Assembly (NCBI RefSeq): GCF_963921235.1
Contig: NC_086097.1
Coordinates: forward strand, 58,406,001 to 58,470,000
Length of the DNA: 64,000 nucleotides
Source of the DNA: Mobula hypostoma
Lineage: Eukaryota
Direction of reading: 5' to 3'
Each line of letters begins with the position of its first letter. The first letter of the stretch is position 1. Shown here one piece after another: positions 14,281 to 27,798 of the stretch. The notes under the pieces were generated by a model. It worked only from the letters and a program-made list of their open reading frames with translations. It did not search any database and had not been told where the DNA came from. The position numbers and the translations under genes are program-made.

Positions 14281-15079
14281 TTGGCCAAAAAGAAAATTAT
14301 GGAACTTGCATTGTTCAAATGGTGTGTTATATGTCAACAGAGAACATCCTTTTTTTGGGGCTTCATATTCCAGTACCATTTTGGGCATCTTGTTTGGTGA
14401 AAACTTTGACCTTTTGGGAATATGAGTGTTTGGTTTGAGATCTGGCCCCTATTAACTGCTTCAACTCCTTGGGTTGTTCTCTTTCTGTTATGGGATTGTG
14501 CCATCGTTTGGATGTTGTCTTGAATTTTCAGTGTTATCTCCTTTCCATCCTGGATAACTGAGGTTGGATGTAGTTCTTCACAACTTGGTCTGAGGTTAGT
14601 AGGTTATTCTGCTTCTGTGACATAGAACATACTGTTAACAACTTCCTTTATACAACCCTCTGATCCAGTGTATGGGATATGCCACCTGCTTTTCTTTCTT
14701 TCAAGACGTTTTTCTAGCTGTCTGTTTTTTTAAGTCTGTGATTATAACCTGAGTGGGATTATATTACTTTGCACTTCTGCATCTAATTTTAGTTTCAGGT
14801 TGATAGGTTTCTTCTTGCCTTTTTCTGATCTGGATATGTGTGCACTTAATTTCTCTCTGACCAGCCACGACTCCAATATCTCATAAGCCCTCAGACACTG
14901 TTATCTTCCATGACCTAGCTGTTCTATATTGTTTCTCTTTCATTGGGCCTCTTTCCTAATGTAGCATCTTGACCACAAATGTTGACAATTTCTTTACCCT
15001 CATGGATGCTACTCAACCCACTAAGTTCTGCCAGCAGTTTGTGTTTCGTTCTGGGTTCTAGCACCTGGGTTTCAGCACC

Positions 15080-15510
15080 CAAGTTACAGAGAAAGGTTGA
15101 ACAAGTTAGGTCTTTATTCTTTGGAGCATAGAAGGTTGAGGGAGGACTTGATAGAGGTATTTAAGATTATGAGGGGGATAGATAGAGTTGACGTGGATAG
15201 GCTTTTTCCATTGAGAGTAGGGGAAGATTCAAACAAGAGGTCATGAGTTGAGAGTTAAGGGGCAAAAGTTGAGAGGTAACATGAGGGGGAACTTCTTTAC
15301 TCAGAGAGTGGTAGCTGTGTGGAACGAGCTTCCAGTAGAAGCAGGTTCGATGTTGTCATTTAAAGTTAAATTGGATAGCTATATGGGAGGAAAGGAATGG
15401 AGGGTTATGGGCTGAGTGCAGGTAGATGGGACTAGGTGAGAGTAAGCGTTCGTACGGACTATAAGGGCCGAGATGGCCTGTTTCCGTGCTGTAATTGTTA
15501 TATGGTTATA
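15080..15510 (+). mobile_element. CR1 LINE 3' end
   Basis: LGLYSLE.RRLR.DLIEVFKIMRG-type terminal coding region and an aagggccgagatggcctgtttcc 3' end. Confidence 0.8.
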
Positions 15511-17234
15511 TCTTCTGTCTGCTGTGTCTCAAGCCCTGTTTTATTCTTCATTTGATATCTGGACTTTGTTTGCCCTTTGCTGCACGTCATGCTGCATAAT
15601 CTGCAGTTTAATCTGTATGCAATCTATCGTTCTTTTTTGTGAGCGCCCTTTCATTTGTTTAACTACAGCAACCAGCTTCCTTTTGCAGGACTAAAGGAGA
15701 GTTATCTTTCTCTGCCTGTTTGTCGCCTTGCGCTCTTTCTGTAAATATTACCTGTGGCATGATGAGCCACTGCTTTCTGATCAAAGCCGCCGTATGTCTG
15801 GGATGCAAACCCCAAATGAGTCTGTCCGCTAATCTTCAATCCACTTCCTTGAAGTGGCACATGTGAGCAATTGTAAAACAATCATCAACAGGTTTAGCAG
15901 GTTTCTGCCTCAGACTTTGGAGCTTGTTCTGTGGAACTACTGATTAAACTTTAGTTGGCTGCTTGTTGACTTTCATTTCAGATATCTTAGTAGGATTTTC
16001 ACTTTCACGTGATTGTTTCTCAGCTGATGAAAGGGAAGTATTTCTTTTTTCCAATCCATACTAGAATACAGCTATCCATCACTCATTCCTTTTAGATTAC
16101 GGTTGAATGCTGGTGTACATCTTTATAGCAAAATGTCCTGAGTGACCTGCAGTATTACTGTTCTCTTCTCCTCCCCCAGTGCATTGGGGGATTGAACTCT
16201 GAAGTCACTGCAACAATCTTTCATGCACTCAGTACACACAATCACCAGAGGCAACTTTTTTTTTAAAGGGTCAAATTCAGCATTGATATTGTCCATGTGG
16301 GATGAATTTAACTCATTAGATCAATGCCACATGTTACGGGTGCTGTTCCTACAGCTTTTTTTTCACTTTATAATTCTATGTAACATTTGTTTATTTGCAA
16401 ATTTTGAGGTGAGAAAAGATCTGTTAAATTTCTGAGTGAATCATTGCATTATGTACACATGGTAGAGATGTGACTACAATAATACTGTTCCCAACTTATT
16501 CTTGCAATAATGCAAGACTATTGGAATGATAGCATTGGAGTTATAAATCACTGCCTATATTTTCAGTTCTGTACTAAATGCAGCATGCAAGGAAATTGAT
16601 GTTTTCAAGGTCACTGTTGACATTTGAACACTATTCATTTGCACATGCTTTCATTACTTTTACTGATTTTTATTTTGTTATCATTACTGTTAAAGTTTCC
16701 ATCCATTGATCCTTGACCAGCAGCTACAAACAATACCCACATTACAGCCATGCAGCAGTTTACAGAAATTTGTCTTTACAGAGTTCACATCACTTTCCAA
16801 AAATTTGAGGTATGAAATAAAATTCACTCAGAGAACTTATGTGCAAAAAACTAAATGACCCAGCACAACTTGAGTTCCTTGATGCAATGCAGAGGATGTG
16901 GTTTCACATTATGGAAAATCTTCATATCACTTATTTGCTAGGAACACAAATCACTGTAGCACTGTCCGAGATCTGAAATTGCTGAGGTAGAGTAAGCAGA
17001 AATATGAAGTTGCAAATATTGCTGTAATGCATGCATACATTCACTTTGCAAAGAGTAGAAGTATAATGCTCTATGGTTTGATGCAGACTAATTTAGAGTG
17101 CCTGGGGAGAATTTGCACTGACCTTTGCCTGTATTGGATCATCTAACTGCTGCACATGGAGAAAAGTGATTCACTGTCATGATTTTATAAAATCTGCTGA
17201 GCTATTTATCTTTGTGGGTCATTTGTTCATTATG

Positions 17235-17590
17235 TGCCGTGTTGTGCAACGTAGGCAATCATGTTTCTTTTCCATAACCAAGATTGTTCTTGGCAAATGC
17301 TTCTACAGAAGTGGTTTGCCATTGACTTCTGGGCAGTGTCTTTACAACATGGATGACCCCAGCCATTATCAATACTTTTCAGAGATTGCCTGCCTGGCAT
17401 CAGTGGTTGCATAATCAGGACTTGTGATATGCACCAGCTGCTTATGCATCCATTCAGCAACTGCTGCTGTGGCTTCATGTGACCCTGATTGAGGAGCTAG
17501 GCATGTGCTACACCTTGCCCAAGGGTGGCCTGCAGGCTAGTGGAGGAAAGAAGCGCCTTACACCTCCTTTGGTAGAGACACATCTCCATC
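17235..17590 (-). mobile_element. Probable SINE with an RTE/BovB-like segment
   Basis: GC-balanced island containing tcttggcaaa...cagaagtggtttgccattg, which resembles recalled RTE/BovB and Sauria-SINE 3' regions. Confidence 0.4.
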
Positions 17591-18864
17591 CCATCACCCT
17601 ATCTTGTGAATGACGAATGAAAAACAATTACTTGAGCTGGAAAAAGTTTAGAAGTTACTTTGAAAAAATAATTGCTAGGAAGTTGCTGTTGGGATCCTTG
17701 CACTGGTTCCTTTTATATTTTTTTCTGGTGTTGAAAATCTGTTTATACAGCCTTCACCATCAGTATATTTGTCAATCTTGTAGAAATTGTAGGGCAAATG
17801 CCCCAAGTATTCCATGTTTATGTGATATAAAATCTACAATTTCATTTCTTCTGGCCCTAGGTAGTGTTCTGGTTACTAGACTTTTGTTAAAGAATCAAAA
17901 ATGAATTTCAGTTGTTTTCTATTCAGAGCTTGCAGTACTTAAACAATTGCCTCCAAAAGAGGACACAAGCGATGACAAAGAAGCTAGTTCGGAAGGAGAT
18001 ACACTCAGTTAATCCGAAAGCCTGGTCTGTATCTCATATCCATTTGGTATCATACCCATTAATATCCTTAACTCAATAACATTATTTTAATCTCATTCTT
18101 GAAAATTCCAATTTTTCCAGTTTTCATTTTGTTTGGGAATATCTGAAAGGAAGGAATTTGCAGGACCGTGGAGATAAATGACATTGAGTAAGGTTGATAG
18201 ATCTGGTTGATGTTCTCTAAGGACTTAATATCCAGTCCTTCGCTGAAAATGTATTGTGATTTCTTAATTTGAGGAACTATAATTTCCATTAAATTGACAC
18301 ACCTATTTTTTTGTCTGATTGCTGACAGAAAAACCTGTAGAAGCATATTTTCACCATTGGGGAAAAATTTGTTCAGGTGTTATCAATGGTAACAACGTGA
18401 AGGTCGCAACTATAACTTTCTCTGAAGTAAATTCTGTATTTTTATGAATTGAGATTTTGTTTCAGCTTATGTAGATTGGACAGAAGTGACGATAACTAGT
18501 TGGATAGAAGAGCTCTGGAAGTTTGGTGGCTGATGCTATTTATTTTCTTCCTAGAGCATCTATGTGTTAGCATGCAAGTTCTGATTTCAGCCAGCAAGCT
18601 TCCAACCTGTTCTCAGTGTAAATCATAACCCCAACACATTTTGCCATCTTTCTCACCACCAAGCTGCACTTTTCGTCATTCCAACTTCATGGTTTGCAGT
18701 TTGCCATTGAGGAATTTATCATTAGTGTTCAAACTATGTTACCATTCTGCAACTGCAACTAAAGCTGGCTCAATTTCTGTGTGTGGAGCTGCAGTATGCC
18801 TTCCGTGCTTACAAATGTTTGTTTATAGGTCTATTGCCAAATTGTCGAGAACTTTCACTGGAGC

Positions 18865-20160
18865 CATAGAGCAATATAGTATTGATACAGTCCCTTTGCC
18901 CAAAGTTCATGCCACCTGCATAGTTCAACTAGCTAGTCGAAATTTCCTGTGTCTAGCCTGTACCCTTCTTGGCCCCTTTCTTCCATGTACTTACCCAAAT
19001 TATGTAAAATGATAATGTTGTACCTGCCTCAACCATTTCTGGCAGCTCATTCCATGTACTCACCATTTACTGCATGAAAACATTTGCTTTTCAAAACCCT
19101 TTTAAATCTTCCTCCCCTCCAACCCCAAATCTATGCCCCCCTAGTTCTGATCTCCCCTATCATGGGGAAAGATTATTATCATCTAATCTATATCTCATAA
19201 TTTTAAACACATAGTGTCATAGTTATAAGACCCATCTGTGCTGAACTTCTCTTGTGTTCCAAAAATGATGACCTAGCCTTGCCAATATCTCCCTATAACT
19301 CAGGCCAACTAGTCCTGGCAATATCCTCAAATCTTTTCAGCACTCTTTGCAGTTTAACCACACCATTCCTACAGCAGGGTGGCAGAAACAGTACGCGGTG
19401 CTCCAAGTGCAGCCTCAGCAATGACTTACAAACTGTAACATAATGTCCCAATTCCAATACTCATTGCCCTGACTGACAAAGCTAGCATGACAAATGCTTT
19501 TCTCGCCACCCTGTCTACCTGTGACACCACTTTCAATGAACTCTGCACTTGTACTCCATTGCAATTAGACTCCTAGGTTCAGCATCTCGGCCTGAAATGC
19601 TGACTCTTAGTTCCTTCCCATAGATGCTGCGTGATCTGCTGAGTTCCTCCAACATTTTGTGTGTTACTCTGGATTTCCAGCTTCTGCAGAATCTCTATTT
19701 ACTCCAGGTGCTCCTGGTACTCCATAATGGTGTACCATTTATAATACGAATTTTGCAATGGTTTATCTTTCCAGAATGCATCACCTCATACTTGTATTGA
19801 AATCCATTTGCCACACCTTGATCCACTTCTAATCAAGATCCCCTTGTAATATGGGATAGCTTTCACTGTTGAGGACAAACCCTAATTTCATGTCATTTGC
19901 AAACATGCTGATCAAGCCTTGTGCATAAATAATGAACAAAAGGATCCCAAATCCATCCTGTGGCAAAGTACTAGTCACCAGCCTCTACTCCAAGAAACAG
20001 CCTTCACCCACCACCCTCTGCTTCCTGCCTCCAAGTCAATTTTGAATCTGTCTATTTTACTCTCCCTGGATTCCATGGGACCTAACATGCAGGACCCTGT
20101 TGAAGGCCTTGCTAAAGTCCAAACAGACAATATCAACTGCCCTATCCTTTTGGTTACCTT
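18865..20160 (-). mobile_element. Old CR1 LINE fragment with a degenerate PLE end inserted at about 19580-19700
   Basis: Antisense similarity to the CR1 RT and 3' end; the PLE segment matches 28750-28870. Confidence 0.65.
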
Positions 20161-21504
20161 TTTTCTGAAGTATATGAGGGAATGGACTTTGTGTCAACAA
20201 ATGCAAAACAGTGGTCTCAAACAATACAGTACATGTTCATGACAGGATTCCGGTAAAGGTGGATTGCTTTTCTCATCTCAGGAGCAATCTCTCAGCAGAG
20301 CTGAAATAGACGATGAAATTTACTATTCAAATACAGTGCCCCAGCATCACCTTTGGCTAGTAATAAAAGAATGTTTGCAGATCAAAAGCTTGAGTCTGGT
20401 CCAAGGCTCATGGTTTTCTGGTGAATGCTATACTGCAGTAAGTTCAGAGTGATCATGCTCGCTGGTGTTCTTCAGAGCTGTGGACTAAGTACAGGAGCTG
20501 TAACACCAACGTTGGTTCCACTAAATCCTCATCATCTGCTGGTAGGATAAGCAAGCCAACCTTTTTTGCTTTTCGAAAACCAATATTTGGAGCATTGAAA
20601 CCCGGATGGGCAGGCTACATTTCCAATACTAGACTTTGAAAACAGCAGACGTTTATCCAAACCTTGGCAAGGTAAAAGATTACCAGATGGACGGTGGAAA
20701 GAAGTTAATGATAAGTTTATAACCTCCTTGATAAAGTGTAACATTCTATTCAACTCTTGAGAATTCCTGGCCCTTGAATTTTCAGAATGGGAAAGGAGTA
20801 CTAAGAATGACATTAAGAGCTTTGAATCTACTAATAGACAGCACACAAGTGCATTATAAATGAAGAAGGAACACCCCACCTTATTCTGTAATCGTTCCAG
20901 TAGTCCCCCCTTTCAAGCATCCTGTGTGGCAGAGTCTACACTCTCCTACGTTCACCACATCAGCCTCTTCAACTCATGGACTCATGGAAATGGGAATGGA
21001 AGTCAGTTATCCTCATTCCTGACTAATTGCTTAAGAAAGGGATAAAATAGTAATTGGTTCTAGAAAAAAAACAAAATTCAGTTAATTGCTCAAAACTAGT
21101 CATTGCTTACAAATGGTAAACTAGAAACTAGTGTCAGGAGACTATTTCTTGTGCAGCATGATCAGCACATCGAATGGATTGCTAGGCAGGGGAGTGCAAC
21201 TAGCAAAACAACATTCAGATATAATGAGATGGACAAATAAATTAAGTTAAATTCCCTTCCTTGTCTTTAATTATCTTGTCACTGAGAAAGGCTGCTTAAA
21301 TATATAGATGAAAATAAAAGTAATAATTATTCAGAAGTAGGAAATAAGTCACAGACAATAGGAGTTAGTTGAGCTGTAATTGTTGAAAATTGCTGCCCTG
21401 TTATTGCATAGATGGAGCATATCTGGATGCCTCTTAAGAAAAAATTGTGAAGAAATCTTCATTTTAATCAGATTTCTGAGATTGAAGATTGAAAGAGAAA
21501 AGAA

Positions 21505-21820
21505 AATATTAGCTTTATTTGTCACTTGCACATCATAATATACAGTGAAATGAAGTTTTGCATCAACAACCAATGCGGTTGTGCTTGGGGCGGCCTGCAA
21601 GTGTTGCCATGCTTCTGGAGCCAACATAGTATGCCAACAACTCACTAACCTATTCCTGATTATTTGTCTTTGGAATGTGGGAGGGAAACAGGGCACCCAA
21701 AGGAAACCCAGGAGGTTGTGCGGAGATCGTGCAAACTCCTTACGGACAGCAGTGGGAATTGAACCCCAATTGGTTATCACTGGTGCTGTAAAGAGATGTG
21801 CTAAACTGTTACACTACCAC
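21505..21820 (-). mobile_element. V-SINE (HE1-like) with a Rex/L2-type tail
   Basis: tRNA-like head and V-domain on the minus strand; tail matches 50620-50760. Confidence 0.75.
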
Positions 21821-23207
21821 AGTGGGGGTTGTGGTAGACAAAATGATCACATGTAACTCTAATCCCACACCAATCTGGTTGACTCTGAGATTTCCTCAAA
21901 GATCCCTGAAAACCAGAGAAATTCTCAGGGAAACTATAAACACCAACATTTGTGGAGATTCTCACATCCAGAACAGAAAAGAATGCAAACGTTGCAATGT
22001 CAGTAAGTCTGATTAACATAGAACACCCTGCTAAGGTAAATGATCAGCTGAGCTTTGGATTGGTGATGGGAAGAACTCCTGACTTCTCTTTTGAAAACTA
22101 CAATGGATCAAAGTCCACAGGAATTAATAAAAGGTGACAGATGGGAACCTCTGTTCAACATCTCTTCTGATGATTTAATGCAGTGGCCTCACTAGAAGAA
22201 CCGCTACTTCGCCATGCCAGTGACCTGGATTCAGTCCTCCTCTCTGAGGCTGTTTCTATGGAGTTTGTACATTCTTCCAGTGACTTGTGGTGTTGACCAG
22301 AAATGTCCTCTGCTGATGTCATTTCCTATCAAAGATCTGGTGCTCTGATTTCCTCTGGCATCTCCAGAATGGGTCAGATGATAGATTAGTTGTCGACTCT
22401 AAATTATCTCCAGGCATAACTGAATGCCTGGAGATAATTTAGTACTATAGCACTTTTATATTGCTTTTATGTTTTTGTGCTGTAGCACTTTTTTTATTCG
22501 CAGTTATTTTGTAAATAACACTATTCTTTGCTTTTCTGGTCAGATGCTAACTGCATTTCATTGGCTTTGTACCTGTACTCGGCACAATGACAATAAAGTT
22601 GAATCTAATCTAATCTATAGAGAGGGGATGAATAAAATCTGATGAGTGTAAATCTGTGTTTGAAGGTGGTGTGAACTCTGTGGGTTGTTGGGCCTGTTTT
22701 TCTGCTATAGGACTCAGACTATATTTCTAGGATACATGCTGTCCCCAGGTTAAGCAAGGTTCTGTTCCTGTCAACAGTTTGCAGCATGTTGTGGCTATGA
22801 ACTGAGTTCTCAATTGTGGCCCTGCAGCAGCCAGTGCATTACTGCCCGTCTCCCGTGGGCTTTCTTGTTTATACGGGCTGTACGTAAGTCAGGTATGTGT
22901 AGGCTGAAGAGGACCTATAGTTATATTTTACTCTTATCAGCATAAGACTTTCAGTCTCCTTGCATAATTAAGCAGGAATAACACTGATACAGCTCAATTG
23001 CAAGTGATAGCGGAAAATCATTGTATCTAAATTGATTTGTACATATTTTTTATGATGATGCCAGGTACAATTGTTATTATAGCCCACATTTCACAATGTG
23101 TAGCATATTAACCACCCTTCTGCCTACTCAATTATATTACTAATGGGAAAAAAAAGGAAATTGCCTTTTAAACTTGCGAGAGAGCATAGGCCATCAACTT
23201 TTTGCTG

Positions 23208-23367
23208 TTGATGTTTCTGTAGCAGGCAATTTCTTTTTTATGCGGTCGAGTTGCTAGCTCGACACTCAACCCAGCACGGATGGAAAGCGTGCCTGGGGAG
23301 CCGGCTGGATTTGAATTTGGGAGCCTTCGCTCCGAAGTTCGCGCTGATGCCACTACGCCACCGGCCG
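23208..23367 (-). mobile_element. tRNA-derived SINE with an Arg-TCG-like head
   Basis: Minus strand reads GGCCGGTGGCGTAGTGG (A box), CTTCGGA (anticodon-like loop) and a decayed B box ATTCAAATCC, then a non-tRNA body and an A-rich end. Confidence 0.65.
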
Positions 23368-24517
23368 ATGTAGTGGCAGTCAACATTGAGATTGATGGAC
23401 AGCTGAAGAAGTATATTACTAATGAGACTAATTATTAGACTACCAAGTTAACATTTGGATTAATTTCTGTCATTAGAGAGGATTTTAGATCAATAGGTAC
23501 TTTTTTTTATTTATTTAACTTGCTCTCTTATCTGTTTACTTCTTTATTGTTTGCTCTATTTGTTTTGTTGCACGTTGGGTGTTTAATGGTTTTTGTTGTA
23601 TGGGTTCTTTTTAATGGGTTCTGTGGTGCTTCTGTGTTTTGTCTGCCTTTAAGAAGTTAAATCTCAAGGTTGTATATGGTATAGGTATACTTTGTACTTT
23701 GCTACATCAGTATTAATAACGTGCTATTATTATGTCTCAGTTGCATTTCAAAGGCAGTAGTTGCCTTGACTTGGGTAATGTGACAACAATGGTGTGCACA
23801 GTGTTGTGTAATTGTGTGTTCTATAATTTTGACCCAGAGATGATTAGTTGCTGTAAAGTGTAAACCTTTGGCTCTGGACAGCTGAAAATGGATTCTTGGT
23901 ATCAAAGGAAAATGTTACAATAAAGAAATTTCTCTAGCTAATAGTACTAAATCTATTTTTATTTGTCATCTGATAGCCTAATTTAAAAGCATTGCTATCC
24001 GTAAGGGACCATATTAACTTGCAGAGAGTTGAAGTGCCTGATGACCTTGGAAATAAATTATTAATTTTAATTTTCCCCACATGTATGATATTTACATGAT
24101 TTATTATGCATTGCCTCCAAAGTTGCTTCAATATTTAGATTATGGCAGTCACAAAACCTTGTGGAAAATTAGATCTTATGATACTATTTTTGAATTTTGA
24201 GTGTTATTATTTGCTCCCACTACTGTAATTATTATGGCTATTATTTATATGATACCAGTTTTGGATCCAGTTGTTTAATGATTTTTAATTATTGATTTGA
24301 GACAACTTCAAGTGAACAGAGGAGACAGAGGTTTTTGTCACTTTGGCAATTTCTAATGAAGACACATGATAGGATTGTGTTAATTCACTACAACAGATAC
24401 CAACATTTGAAAATTTATTAACTTTTAATATCACTTATTTGTTGGGAATAGTAACGAATGGTAACATTAGAACATGGTTATTTTCCGAGGTCATAACCTT
24501 GTACTTCCTCTTCCTAG

Positions 24518-24670
<153 letters not shown>

Positions 24671-24734
24671 TGAATTTGAAGCCAAACATCTCTTGCTTAC
24701 GATATGTATGAGTAGAATAAACTTATAATATTCT

Positions 24735-26242
24735 CGTTAGATTCTGGACTAGTTCCTGAGGATTGGAGGGTGGCTAATGTAACCCCACTTTTTAAAAAAG
24801 GAGGGAGAGAGAAACCGGGGAATTATAGACCGGTTAGCCTAACATCGGTGGTGGGGAAACTGCTGGAGTCAGTTATCAAGGATGTGATAACAGCACATTT
24901 GGAAAGCGGTGAAATGATCGGACAAAGTCAGCATGGATTTGTGAAAGGAAAATCATGTCTGATGAATCTCATAGAATTTTTTGAGGATGTAACTAGTAGA
25001 GTGGATAGGGGAGAACCAGTGGATGTGGTATATTTGGATTTTCAAAAGGCTTTTGACAAGGTCCCACACAGGAGATTAGTGTGCAAACTTAAAGCACACG
25101 GTATTGGGAGTAAGGTATTGGTGTGGGTGGAGAATTGGTTAGCAGACAGGAAGCAAAGAGTGGGAATAAACGGGACCTTTTCAGAATGGCAGGCGGTGAC
25201 TAGTGGGGTACCGCAAGGCTCAGTGCTGGGACCCCAGTTGTTTACAATATATATTAATGACTTGGATGAGGGAATTAAATGCAGCATCTCCAAGTTTGCG
25301 GATGACACGAAGCTGGGTGGCAATGTTAGCAGTGAGGAGGATGCTAAGAGGATGCAGGGTGACTTGGATAGGTTGGGTGAGTGGGCAAACTCATGGCAGA
25401 TGCAATTTAATGTGGATAAATGTGAAGTTATCCACTTTGGTGGCAAAAATAGGAAAACAGATTATTATCTGAATGGTGGCCGATTAGGAAAAGGGGAGGT
25501 GCAACGAGACCTGGGTGTCATTATACACCAGTCATTGAAAGTGGGCATGCAGGTACAGCAGGCGGTGAAAAAGGTGAATGGTATGCTGGCATTTATAGCG
25601 AGAGGATTCGAGTACAGGAGCAGGGAGGTACTACTGCAGTTGTACAAGGCCTTGGTGAGACCACACCTGGAGTATTGTGTGCAGTTTTGGTCCCCTAATC
25701 TGAGGAAAGACATCTTGGCCATAGAGGGAGTACAAAGAAGGTTCACCAGATTGATTCCTGGGATGGCAGGACTTTCAAGAAAGACTGGATGAACTGGGCT
25801 TGTACTCGTTGGAATTTAGAAGATTGAGGGGGGATCTGATTGAAACGTATAAGATCCTAAAGGGATTGGACAGGCTAGATGCAGGAAGATTGTTCCCGAT
25901 GTTGGGGAAGTCCAGAACGAGGGGTCACAGTTTGAGGATAAAGGGGAAGCCTTTTAGGACTGAGATTAGGAAAAACTTCTTCACACAGAGAGTGGTGAAT
26001 CTGTGGAATTCTCTGCCACAGCAAACTGTCGAGGCCAGTTCATTGGCTATGTTTAAGAGGGAGTTAGATATGGCCCTTGTGGCTACGGGGGTCAGGGGGT
26101 CAGGGGGTATGGAGGGAAGGCTGGGGCGGGGTTCTGAGTTGGATGATCAGCCATGATCATAATAAATGGCGGTGCAGGCTCGAAGGGTCGAAGGGCCGAA
26201 TGGCCTACTCCTGCACCTATTTTCTATGTTTCTATGTTTCTA
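24735..26242 (+). mobile_element. Young 5'-truncated CR1 (HER1-like) LINE
   Basis: 340-aa open RT frame (NYRPVSLTS, YLDFQKAFDKVPH, GVPQGSVLGP, KFADD), one frameshift near 25778, and a (TTTCTATG)n tail. Confidence 0.93.
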
Positions 26243-27414
26243 TAATGCACCATTGCCTCTCTGTATTTTCCCTTATTTAGACTTTACCTTCTGTCCTATA
26301 TTTCACTAATTTCTCTCATTCACAGCTTCAAATGGTACCATGAAATTTCACAAGAAAGCACTCAAAATGCTGTTGAATTGTGCAATATTCAAGCAGTGAA
26401 AGACCCTGCACATGGTGTCATGAATGCTGACAACCTTGCAACTGTAGGGAGTGGGAGAAAGGATGGTGACAGCAGAAGCAGTATAATAAATGGCTAGTGG
26501 TGGAAGGAATTAAACAACAATTATACAGTTAAACAATTAATTCAGTTAAAAATTCCTGGTGATAAAATCATTGAAGGTTACATTATCATTATAATGGAAG
26601 AAAGAAGTTCATGTAATTTGATAAATTATGTTTAAAGTAGCCAAGTGCAAACAGTTGTACATTTTCAGTGTCTTGAAGATTTCTTTGCATAAATGAGGAA
26701 AAGTGGTCTCATAACTTACCATGATCTGCTAATGACATTTTATGCAGAGGCTTTTCTCTTTGTAGATGAAGCTTTCTTAAGGACTTTAAGGAACAATATA
26801 CACCATGATTACAGAATAGACACAACGTGCTCTCTTTGTGTATTGCTTTTGATTTATTGGTGAACAGGTGAAGATCACAGGAATGACATACTGGTTTGGA
26901 GGTTCATTGATCATTGTAATTTGGGTAGGGCAGGGTTAAATAGGTGGATGGCAAGCAGGAAGGACCTGTATCTCTAAATAAGTTAATCAACTAAACTTAT
27001 TGCTAGCACGTTACAGTACTATGGTCTTACTTTTATGAGTTTATCTAAAAATAAACATTTGCTTTCATGCATACATAGAACATAGTATTTTGGATTTATT
27101 GCATGTGCTGATGATTAGCAACTATTATTACTGTTTTTTTAAACTGGGTGGCCCTTGTAGATTGAGGAAAGTGAAAAGTGATATTTGAATATGAGGATGG
27201 CTTTAAGGAATGTACCAGCCTGATATCTTTAAGTATGGACTTGTAATTCAGATCTGAGAAGAAATGCCAACTTTTGAACTTGGAATGTTAGGGAACACCA
27301 GACTTGGGTGATCCCTACAATGGAGATGGTTGAGATGAGCTGAGTACTTAAAGTGGGTATGATTTCATAATTTTTCAAAGTGGTAGGGTATGTTGAGCAT
27401 AGGTTAGTAATGTG

Positions 27415-27568
27415 CAACACACATAAAAGTTGCTGGTGAACGCAGCAGGCCAGGCAGCATCTCTAGGAAGAGGTGCAGTCGATGTTTCAGGCCGAGACCC
27501 TTCATCAGGGACTGACTTTTATGTGTGTTGCTTGAATTTCCAGCATCTGCAGAATTCCTGTTGTTTGC
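27415..27568. mobile_element. Short Penelope-like end with an internal inversion and a decayed hammerhead (minus, 27477-27513)
   Basis: TSD GGTTAGTAATGTG at 27402-27414 and 27569-27581. Confidence 0.8.
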
Positions 27569-27798
27569 GGTTAGTAATGTGAATGTGTTATGGGACTTCA
27601 TAAATACATAGCAGCAAATCATCAAGATCATGCTAAAATACTGTTGGACCACAAGTGAAGTACTGCTTAGACGTACATTTGTGAGAGTACGTGTAGACGA
27701 AATTTCAGCTACAAGGTTAGACAGCAGAAGCTGGCATTGCTTGCTTCCTTGGAGCAAAGAAGATTCTGGAGAAATTTGATAGAAATGAAGGAGATATT

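Noticed and set aside
23290..23367. Functional tRNA gene
   Set aside because: The B box/T arm is decayed and the sequence continues into a SINE body; the same applies to the heads at 50450 and 55204.
23133..23424. 13-bp direct repeat TATATTACTAATG and a short inverted repeat (23150-66 / 23224-39) around the SINE
   Set aside because: They are AT-rich and do not abut the SINE ends, so they cannot be told apart from chance.
1..24517. First coding exon or promoter of DAAM1
   Set aside because: I found no MAPRK-like exon and no non-repeat CpG island; the CpG-rich patch at 9600-10700 is the Tigger element.
24770..25792. 340-aa ORF as a host gene or domesticated RT
   Set aside because: It is a 5'-truncated CR1 with no true start codon, a frameshift and a LINE tail.
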